DNA of 63,351 nt, counting the filler. It is 6 parts of 6 records of this genome, joined end to end, with 100 filler letters (N's around TTAATTAATTAA, not from the genome) between each part and the next. Parts side by side here need not be neighbours in the genome. Positions count along the whole stretch, not along the records: positions 39,049 to 56,211 come from SRR2962707_2494; positions 56,312 to 63,351 come from SRR2962707_2502; 4 more parts are not named here. One strand, 5' to 3'. Shown here piece after piece: positions 54,062 through 63,351 of this stretch; the first letter of the stretch is position 1; each line of letters begins with the position of its first letter. The notes beneath the pieces were generated by a model. That model searched no databases, had not been told where the DNA came from, and saw only the letters and a list, made by a program, of their open reading frames with translations. The position numbers and the translations under genes were made by a program.

Positions 54062-55272
54062 GCCTGTTCGATCCTGTTGCTGTGGTCTGCAATCAACGCC
54101 ACCAGACGGTCAGCGATCGCCTGTTTGCTGTCCGGCCCGATGGATTCCGAACCCTCAGGCCAGAACACCGTAACCGCATTTCGATCGCTGCTGAAGCCGA
54201 GCCCGGGCACGGACACATCGTTGGCGACAATCATATTGAGTTTCTTGCGTTGCATCTTGTCGGTCGCATAGCGCGCCACATCCGTAGTCTCGGCCGCAAA
54301 GCCGACCGTGAAAGGCGCATCAGCCCTGGCTGCGATGGTCGCCAGGGTATCGGGGTTACGGACCAGCGCAAGGCTCATGTTGTCGTTGGTTTTCTTGATT
54401 TTCTCGCTGGCGAACACCTCGGGCCGGTAATCTGCCACCGCGGCCGTGGCGATAAAGATATCGCAGCCTTCATCGACCGCCTTGCTGGCGGCTTCCAGCA
54501 TCTCCTGAGCGGTGCTGACAGGCCGGACATCAATCCCCGCTGGGACCGAAAGACTGACAGGTCCACTGACAAGCACCACCTCGGCTCCGGCGGCAACGGC
54601 TGCACCGGCCAGGGCATAGCCCATCTTGCCCGAGCTGTGATTGGTAATGTAGCGCACCGGATCGATCGGCTCCCGGGTTGGCCCGGCCGTGATCACCAAC
54701 CGTTTGCCAGACAGCGGCCCGGTCGTTTCAACCACGCCCTCTCCGTTTACCAGACGAGCCAGACGTTCCGGCTCAAGCATGCGTCCAGGACCGGTATCAC
54801 CGCAGGCCTGTTCGCCCTGGTCCGGTCCCCAGACGGTAATCTGCGGGTCTTCCGTCAACAGCGCCAGATTCCGCTGGGTACGGAAGTTCTTCCACATGGC
54901 CTGGTTCATTGCGGGGGCCAACGCTATCGGCGCTTCGGTGGCGCAACAGACCGTGGTCAACAGGTCATCGGCCAGCCCATGGGCCAGACGGGCCATAAAA
55001 TCCGCAGACGCCGGCGCTACCACAACCTGATCGGCCCACTTGGCCAGCTCGATGTGCCCCATGCCAGCTTCGGCTTCCGGGTCAAGCAGCGAGGTGCGCA
55101 CCGGTTCGCCACTCAGAGCCTGATAGGTCAGCGGCGCAACAAATGCCTCCGCCCCCCGGGTCATGACAACCCGGACTTCGTGCCCCGCTTTTTTCAGCAG
55201 TCGAACCAGCTCCGCACTTTTATAGGCGGCGATACCACCGGTTATTCCCAACAATATTCGCTTGGCGGTCAT
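54058..55272 (-). CDS. coaBC: bifunctional phosphopantothenoylcysteine decarboxylase/synthase
   Basis: [55 protein letters not shown]; start at MTAKR. Confidence 0.96.
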   Translation of the reverse strand: MTAKRILLGITGGIAAYKSAELVRLLKKAGHEVRVVMTRGAEAFVAPLTYQALSGEPVRTSLLDPEAEAGMGHIELAKWADQVVVAPASADFMARLAHGLADDLLTTVCCATEAPIALAPAMNQAMWKNFRTQRNLALLTEDPQITVWGPDQGEQACGDTGPGRMLEPERLARLVNGEGVVETTGPLSGKRLVITAGPTREPIDPVRYITNHSSGKMGYALAGAAVAAGAEVVLVSGPVSLSVPAGIDVRPVSTAQEMLEAASKAVDEGCDIFIATAAVADYRPEVFASEKIKKTNDNMSLALVRNPDTLATIAARADAPFTVGFAAETTDVARYATDKMQRKKLNMIVANDVSVPGLGFSSDRNAVTVFWPEGSESIGPDSKQAIADRLVALIADHSNRIEQA

Positions 55273-55444
55273 GCGGGCTCCGTAATCCCGTAAAATGAAA
55301 GAGTTATAAGATAGCATGCCGAGCGCAGACGGGCAGCCCGCCAGAACCCCTGTTCGTTTACCAAATGTTACCTTTTGGAGTAACCTTTGTAATTTCGAGA
55401 ACCCGGTGCAGGACGCACTCCCCGAAACCAGCAAGGAAGCAAAC

Positions 55445-56119
55445 ATGCCACCCAGCCATTGGCCCGCCGATGAGCGGCCCCGTGAGCGATTGCTCACTCA
55501 CGGCCCTGAATCATTGTCAGATGCCGAACTCCTGGCCATTTTCCTGCGTACCGGTACCACCGGCATGCCGGTGATGGCCCTGGCCCGACACCTGATCACC
55601 GAATTTTCCGGACTGCGCGGCCTGATGACCGCTTCCCGCCGACAATTCTGCGAGGTCAAAGGCCTGGGCACCGCCAAATATGCCCAGGTGCAGGCTGCCA
55701 TGGAAATGGCGAGGCGAGTGATGGACGAGCCGCTGCGCCAGGGCGATCCGCTGCGCTCACCGGAAGATACCCGGCGCTTTCTCACCAGCCGCCTGGGCAC
55801 TTATCCTCATGAAGTGTTCGCCGGCCTGTTCCTGGATAACCGTCACCGGGTCATCCAGTACCGGGAACTGTTCCGGGGTACGATAGACGGCGCAGCGGTT
55901 TACCCCCGGGAGGTGGTGCGCCAGGCTCTGGAGGACAATGCCGCCGCAGTCATCTTTGCCCACAACCATCCGTCAGGCGTGGCCGAGCCAAGCCAGGCTG
56001 ACATTTCCCTGACCCGCCGGCTGAAAGAGGCCCTGGGACTGGTCGATATCAGGGTTCTTGACCATATGGTTATCGGCCACGGTGAGGTAATATCCCTTGC
56101 TGAACGAGGATTGATGTAG
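55445..56119 (+). CDS. radC: RadC (JAB/MPN domain) protein
   Basis: [35 protein letters not shown]; divergent from coaBC as is usual. Confidence 0.95.
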   Translation: MPPSHWPADERPRERLLTHGPESLSDAELLAIFLRTGTTGMPVMALARHLITEFSGLRGLMTASRRQFCEVKGLGTAKYAQVQAAMEMARRVMDEPLRQGDPLRSPEDTRRFLTSRLGTYPHEVFAGLFLDNRHRVIQYRELFRGTIDGAAVYPREVVRQALEDNAAAVIFAHNHPSGVAEPSQADISLTRRLKEALGLVDIRVLDHMVIGHGEVISLAERGLM

Positions 56120-56211
56120 CCCCGTGAAGGATACCGCCCCGAAACTGGCCAAATTCCCAACAATTTTTTGCGTTGGTCGGCCAGTTCTGGTATAAAAGCG
56201 TCCCTTTCTGG

Positions 56212-56311
56212 NNNNNNNNNNNNNNNNNNNNNNNNNNNNNNNNNNNNNNNNNNNNTTAATTAATTAANNNNNNNNNNNNNNNNNNNNNNNNNNNNNNNNN
56301 NNNNNNNNNNN
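56212..56311. other. artificial contig spacer
   Basis: N44-TTAATTAATTAA-N44. Confidence 0.99.
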
Positions 56312-56335
56312 TCTCTCTCTCTCTCTCTCTCTCTC
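56312..56335. repeat. (TC)n microsatellite at contig start
   Basis: tctctctctc run. Confidence 0.9.
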
Positions 56336-58783
56336 GATTCAGTTTACAAAACGAACTGTAATAATATTTTTTTGACTCAAACAGCCTGCCCTGTAATGTG
56401 TTTTGAACGTCAAGGTATAAGCCTGTCTACTTCAAGAAGCGGCAGAAAGGGACACGAGGCACATCGACATCGAGAACCGACTTTACGATGGGCTCGAGTG
56501 TGGCCAGTACTGCGCGGACCGACTCGACGCTGTCAACTGTGCGTGTTGTGCCAGGTTGGTGAATCGATTCAGACATTGGGCGACTGTGCGGCAGCACTTC
56601 GACATGTTGTTGGGAATATGCCGTTGCCCTCTCGGACAAATTCGCGCATCTTGAACCACGTCCTGTGAATCATTTTGTACTTTGTAGAGACAGGCAGACA
56701 CCCTTTGGGAACGAGCCAAATTAGCGCCATTGGCGACGGTGAGCTGACCGCCCGGAACGCTGCCGCTGCTGCAGCGGCAACAGCAGCTGCAGCCGCCGCC
56801 GCCGCCGCAGCCACAAGACCAAGAACAGCCCAAAATGCCAAACGCCAGCAGCAGCCTCACAAGCTGCCGTCACACAAAAAAACTTCAAGACGTGGGATAG
56901 TAAGTGTCTGAAGTCCACATTGGTGTCTTTTCGGTGCCGCCTGCGGAACCAATGTCAATGTGCGCTGCATTTTTCTGCGACGTAGTCGCATGCTTCCCTG
57001 TCATCGACCCGCACGTCTCATCGGCCCTGCACCGCCGCGTCCCGAAGGCCGCGGTCGTCGTCTCCGGCAAAATCCCAAAGTGTCCGACTCCCGGTTTCTC
57101 CAATTCGAACATCCCGGAGACCATCGTCTGCCGCTGTCGGTGCTCGGCTTAGTAGTCGACGGGCGCAGCTTGAAAGTCAAACGTCCAGGCAAGCACTTGA
57201 TAAATGCACACAGCTTACATGCATTTTCAATTGTGCAGTCGGCAGTGATGTGTCTGTGTGCTGCACTGACGCATGGTCAGAACGTCAGAGAGTTTCAGCA
57301 CGGGACGTTCTAGCATCGCCACAGACCGAACCAATATCACTGTCAAACTTGAGGAGCTGCAGGGACAAAGGAAGAAGTTGGAAGTGCGCACTCCAACACT
57401 TGGCAACCATTTCTCTGCTACGTAACTTTCGGTTGTGCTAGGCGTGTTTGTTCATCAAGCTTGCTGTGTGCACACTATAGACTTGGCTTCAAGATATTGA
57501 TGCTCGATTGAGCGGCAGTGTCGAAACCTCCCGTGTTGTTCGTGTGTTCTGCATGGCTCGCGGTTACATGCTGCTGGTTTCAACATTTATTGCGGACAAT
57601 CTTGTTGACTTCTGGAATTTGTCGGTTCTGCAGGCAAAGCGTGTTGACAACACGTCCAATATCGTTGCGACGTTTCCTCATACCTATCGCGACACAAGCT
57701 GGTGGGTGTGTTTGGATTAGTGCAACTCGTGCAACGAACTTTGAACGCTTTATCGCAGCCTTTATGCTTTGTTCTCAATGTCTGCATCACTGATGTGTTG
57801 CTTTCACAGGCCATTGGCACCGGGTGAACTGAGACAGTGCGTTTCAGTGCGCGCACTACTCGTCGCAATCTGCTTTTTCCGTTGTGTTGAGCATGCCTCA
57901 CGTGCGTCACTTTGTTGTCGGTCAGCCGAAATGCAGTGTCAAATTTGCAGAGTGAGCCAGAAGGAAGACAAAATGGAGTGGCGCGGCCATCCTCTCGTTC
58001 GGAGCAATCCAGCTCGGCCCGTGATCGCGCGGCTGCACAGTTTTTTTCTCGGCTGGCCTTTTCGCAAGCAAAGCGGTTTGGGGTCCGTCATTCCAGCCGT
58101 CACATAGCAACATACACACATGCATGAACGATGCCGCCGTATTTGGGAATGGGCATATGGGCTTACACGCGAAGATCCTTCCATTTTGGTCCACGCACTT
58201 TGAAGTTGTGCCTCACTCTTTTGTCCCGACTTGCTGTTGTGAACCAAATTATTGATTGCTTGACCGCCAGGCCGTTGATCGAAATCATCCAAGCTTTAAA
58301 TCCAACCAATGTCAGGCTACGATTGTGGCGAAGCGAGCTGCTGCGCACAAAGTTGAACTTGCCCAGTTTGCCAAAGTAGCAGGTCGACCCGAGTTGACAT
58401 CTAGGGATACGCCACCGCCCAACAGGTCGTACGTGAAAACACTTTTGTCGTAAGGTTGACTTGCACCGTAGTTTGAGCTTGTGAAAAACATTGATTTCAT
58501 TTCATTTTAAAATAAAATAAAATACTGCGTGACTTCGTCATAAAGCATATTTACCGAATCAAATGTGAGGTCTTGTGTCACCTTCGTTGCACGGGTGTTC
58601 CACGGTGCAAAATATCGCTACCACCGTCGATTCGACTATGGGGGCTCCGTGCGTGAAACGGCCGCTTCATCTTTGAAAGGGTGCCCTTCGGCGGCATCGA
58701 GATCGCACCAAGTCTCGCGCTTGACCTGCAGAAACGTAACCATGAAATGGATAGCTGAACTTGAATGATGGATCAGGTGCAGC

Positions 58784-61700
58784 CTACACAATTGAGGTCA
58801 CGGTTGCGCGCAAACGAACCATGTTGATGTCCAGCAGCACATTCATCAGTTCAAAGTCAGTCCTGAGGAGAAAGCCCCGATCGATATTCAAAACAGACCC
58901 GGCCACGTCTGGCGGTACAGCTCCTCGCGGAGTGGAGCTACGCGACACAGATGAGGTGGTTGTTGGCAGGGCGTTGGTTGAGTTTGGGTGTGTCGGCGGC
59001 CTCGCAGTGGACGGGCTGGGCGTCTCAAAAAGGTTGGCATCGCTGTGAGCTGCATCAAGCCGGCGTGGTGGTGCCGGTGGCATGCTTGGGTGGTGGGGGG
59101 CAGCGTCACGTCTTGCAGGCGGAGGGGGCGGAGGATGCAGGATGTGCGAGTTCTCCGCATCTTTGGTGGGGGAAATGTGTGCGTGATCCGTGGGTTCAAC
59201 ATTCGATGCGTCGCAAATCGCAACAAATGGTTGGTTGGGTCCCAAGCCCGATGGGATGTTGATACGATGTTGCCGGCCGCCCTTGCAACAGCAACACACC
59301 ACGCACACACATGCGACAGCTTTCAAAACGACGAGCAATGAGGCAAAAAACAACGAAACGGGTTGCGGAGCTTCCATTGTTGTGAGTATTGCTCGATCCG
59401 CACCTGGTTCTTCAGAGTGACTTTCAAAGTGCCGGATGCCGGAAGTTTCGTTGGAGTCGTGAGCTTTACCTTCACCGCCGTGAAGCCCGGAGAGCTTCTC
59501 ACGGAGACATGATCTGCCACTGCCCGGGCGGAGGAACTCATTTGCGGCTTCGTCGCCTCGGTATCCGGAGTGTGATGGTGTTGGACAGCTGTCTGTGACG
59601 TTGCAGGTGCATCCCCGGAAATGGTGTGTTGCAAAGGAGCATGCTTTGAATTCACCGTTGACGCAGGAGCAGGAGCAGGAGCAGCCGCAGGAGCAGGAGC
59701 AGCCGCAGTTGACGCTGCACTCGTCGCAGCTCCAGCATTCCCAGTTACAAGGTGCAAAGACGGCCGTCCTGGAGTAGCCCGCATCATTGGAAGCTTAGAA
59801 GAATTAAAAGAAGAGGATGCTCGCCTTGCACGGTGCGATTCAGCGCTCATTCCCTCAAAATGTGCTTTCATGGCTGCCGAGGGTGGAACCATCTCCATCA
59901 GAAGTGCTGGGTCGCCATCACGGTCGTGCAAAACAACTTTTGCGCGGGTATTCAGTGACAGAACGAAGCGCCGCCGAGTCATGTACTTGGCCATCATGTT
60001 GAACAGACGGCCCATGGCGCTGAGAATGCCAGACCGGCCAGCAGGCGATGCATCAACCATCGACCGAATGATTTCCTTGGACAGCAGCGAGCGAATGTCT
60101 TGCAACAAAAGCATGATGTCCGACCGAGCCGAGACCTTCGGGATATTGAGCTGCATCTTGCCAATGAGCATGTCGAGCACAATGTCAGAGGCGCAAAACT
60201 CAATCGATAGTCGGTCTTCATCCTTGTCCGTTGTGTACTCTTCGACACTGACGCTGATTCCCATTTTCACCAACCGTGCAAGACACTGCAGTGCTTTGAC
60301 TTTTTGCTGCAGAGCGCGCAACGATGATTTGACGAGCTGGATGTTTTCCTGCGTGGAAAGCGCCGAATTTGCCTTTGCCAACGGTTCAAGTTTTTCGCTA
60401 GCCTGGCGGATGCCTCGCACTGAAAGTGCAGCCATCATACGTATAGCTGGTAGAAGTTTGAACTGCGCCTGAAAATGATTGATTCCAAGGGATACTCGCA
60501 AGGGATTTGCCTTCAGCCACACAACCCGTCGCACCAGCAACCGAAAGAGACTGGGACGATCTTTGGCCGGACTCCATGCTGGATTACCGCGGCGGCGAGA
60601 TTTTTTTTCAAAATCAGCAATGGCATCTTGGTAAAACTCATCTCGCCCGAGGGTGGCGTGGAAGTAATCATCCCACAGATCGCAGAGTTGTGACCATTCG
60701 GCAACCGCCCCGGGCGTTGCAGCGACCAAAGGGTCGGGGGTGGCAATTGAACTGTAGAAAGTTGCGTATTCATAGAGCGAGTCAATGGTGAGCGCCGATA
60801 CCTTGGCAGTTTTGCCACTTTTCCTCGCTGGAAGGCGTGTGGAACTGATCACCTGGTCAATGGCACGGACTAGCAAAGGCGCAATGCGGTGCATAGCACT
60901 GTGCGTTTTTGCGTTGAACAGCATGGGCAAAATTGCCTCGTTTGTTCCCCTTTCCGTCCCTTTCGCGTGACTGCCTGAGCGCATGCCAAGTACTTTCTTG
61001 GCCCACTGTCCCAGGTCCATGGAGAGATTGCGCCGAGGGCACTTTGCATTGAGGTTGAGGTCGACTGACAATGAGAGGTCGTTTGTTGCATCTTTGCGCT
61101 GCGATTTGACAAGCAACACGCCCAACTCCTTGGGAATAAGTCCTTCGATGACTTTTTGCATAAAGCGGGCACGCAATACCATGTTTATCACGTTTTTCAG
61201 CAAGTTTCGAGGCAAGGCAATGCCCCTGAACTTCGACACGCGGACCACCTTGCAAACAAATGATTCCGGGTCAAGTCTCCACTCGTGAAACATGTGTTGA
61301 TTGTGCGTTTGGTGCTCGCTCTGCCGTCGGCTGGCGCTCTTTGGCTGAACTTTCGCCCGTTGCAGGGCCGACATTTTTTTCTTGCCTTTGCTGCCCTGTT
61401 CTTGCCCACCAGCAGAGCCAGCGTCTTCATCAGAAGCGGCAAAGAGTAGTTTTGCTTTAAAATGAATGTACCTGATGGCAAACATTGGATTATGTGCTTT
61501 CCGAAATAGCGCTCCACACCCAGCAGGCGCCACGGAACAGCCGCCCAAGGACCGCCACGGAAAAGATGCAAAGAAAAGTCGCTGCGTACATTTCGATGTT
61601 GAAATTCGAAAAATCTTGACTCGGGATGGCACCGTCCGTGCGCAAGCACATGCGTGCTGCATGGATATGCATACGCGCGCTCGAGGCAATTTCGGGATCG

Positions 61701-63210
61701 TCGCCCGTTGCATCAAAATCTTCGTCGTGATCTTCATGACCACTGCCATCGTCACTGTCTGCATTTTGAGGGATGCCGTTGTCATCGTGACTACCTGCGC
61801 TGGCAACACTGCTCGTCCGATTAGGGCGAGATCCTCGGTGCCGAGGCGGCTGCGCAACGCATAAAATGACGCTTGGGACCTCGCCTCCAGTGAATTTGCA
61901 GTCCAGCGTGGCCAGCATATGTTCTACAAACAGGTGCTTCATCGCGATGTACGTTCCTAAACAGGCCGATGAGAGGCATTGTGGAGCCATGAACATGTTG
62001 GTGGTCCTGAGACTGTCACGCTGGCAACATGGGGAAAGGTAAAAACCAACGCGGGAAACTTACCATCGCCGCCAAACCGTAAATGCCAGTCGTCGTGCAA
62101 CGGGAATTTCTCCTCCATGCGCAATTGCTCATATCTGCACACAAAAACAGGCCATTCACCAACAAGTGAGTACATCCTGCCATCGCAATTGCATCGCGCA
62201 TCAAAACACTAGGTTCTCCAATGCCAGTGGTTTCAATATGCTTCACGAACTGAAAGGTCGCCCGGCGCAATTCTCTGCGTTGATTGTCGAGCTGCTTGTA
62301 CCTAGACCCAACGACCACCAGAGTGTAGCAATCGTCACGCTTTGGCGATCTTCACCACGGGACAGGCACATGACCAAATGATACTTCAGACGGGCAGCAC
62401 CCCGGATACGTACAATACGCCGGCGACAGACATCTGTTCAGGATCCTCATCATCCTGGATGATTGTTTCTGGGTCTTGGTCGCGGACCTGTGCGCCAACC
62501 GTCCCCGCGGCGCTTGCTGCGTTGGTTGTGCTGTTGGCGGTCGCGTCTTCAATCGTGTCGATTTGCTGCACCGTTTGGCAAATTTTCTCCACAAGGAGCT
62601 CCGACGACATCTTCAACCCCCGAATCATTAATTCCCGACTGCTGCCTTGGTTCTTCCGCTCCTGGTTCTCTGCCTCACGTCGATGCAGCAGGCGCTCGTG
62701 AAAGGCACTCAGCGCACGAATGATACTCAGCGAGTCCGACGCGGCCGGTGCAGCTTTCTCATCAACGGGCTGCGCTGTGCCTGCCTGAGGTGTTGTGGTA
62801 CTAGCACTGCCTGCACTTGCCAGATCTGCACTAGCATTGCTATTGCTGCCGCTGGTGTCATTCTCAAACGCCGACCCGGCCTCAGGGACGAGCTGCTCGA
62901 TTGTGGAGAACCACATGCGGCGCTCCGACTCTGAGGCGGGTATGCAGACGATTTTCTTCAGCGTGCGCGTGTTGAAAATGTGGAACGCGAGCGTCGGGCT
63001 GAGGCTGGTGGGGCCCAAGCCCAGTTCCGCTGCGGTCTTCACTTTGGTGTCCGCGTCGATCACCAGCGTGCCTTCGAGCGCAGTCCTGTCGCTGTCGTTG
63101 AACCACTGTAGCTGATGGGCGGCGGGGTTGATCATGAAGAAGTACTTCGAGTAAGACTCAGGCTCAGACGGAGGAGCGCCCGCTTTTTTCAGTCGTAGAA
63201 AGCCAGCCAT
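58784..63210 (-). CDS. multi-exon eukaryotic protein with N-terminal PH domain and a large uncharacterised C-terminal region (5' end may be incomplete)
   Basis: PH pattern GFLRLKK...SKYFFMI...LQWF...EGTLVI...AFHIF...PASESERRMWFSTIEQ; collinear minus-strand ORFs 62386-63237, 59323-61857, 58784-59377 and smaller pieces between; exon borders unresolved. Confidence 0.62.
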
Positions 63211-63325
63211 GGCGCCGAATTGCGGTGGCTTCAACACAGGAATGCCAAGATGTAATGAAGGAGTCGGTGGGTGGGCAGCGAGCGCAGATGGAACGAATTC
63301 AAAAAACTACGCTTCAAGTCACATC

Positions 63326-63351
63326 GCAGCAGCAGCAGCAGCAGCAGCAGC
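63326..63351. repeat. (CAG)n microsatellite at window end
   Basis: gcagcagcagcagcagcagcagcagc. Confidence 0.9.

Noticed and set aside
55367-55384. GTTAC-N8-GTAAC inverted repeat between coaBC and radC
   Set aside because: Arms are only 5 bp and I cannot assign a regulator; compatible with chance
55445-56119. radC as a marker of a mobile or anti-restriction element
   Set aside because: Full-length chromosomal type in the standard coaBC-radC position; no integrase or other mobile genes nearby

Overview
This window is not one locus. It is six unrelated contigs joined by artificial 100-nt spacers (N44-TTAATTAATTAA-N44) at 9069-9168, 20833-20932, 30885-30984, 38949-39048 and 56212-56311. Contigs 1 (1-9068) and 4 (30985-38948) are Rhodobacteraceae/roseobacter-like core chromosome: phhB, GNAT, GDPD, RidA, mlaA/mlaC, LysR, DUF481, a class A PBP, glnK; then a tpa-like aminotransferase, UDG, moaB, an RND pump and a DsbD-N protein. 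Contig 5 (39049-56211) is gammaproteobacterial, Marinobacter-like: speD, pirin, prkB, PilZ-DUF1631-GGDEF-EAL, aminopeptidase, argA, argE, argB, long algC, dut, coaBC, radC. Contigs 2, 3 and 6 are intron-containing DNA of an unidentified microbial eukaryote, and each breaks at microsatellites. The bacterial parts are mostly ordinary. The most unusual items are eukaryotic: (i) a >3,300-aa protein joining IPT/TIG domains and Cys repeats to a pepsin-fold domain whose catalytic motifs read DTA/HTG instead of DTG/DTG; (ii) a ~1,300-aa single-pass receptor-like protein with four LNR-like modules embedded in an unfamiliar Cys repeat; (iii) a secretory TPR/ankyrin/JMJD8-type JmjC protein. Taxonomy and domain calls come from motif recognition by eye; no searches were run.
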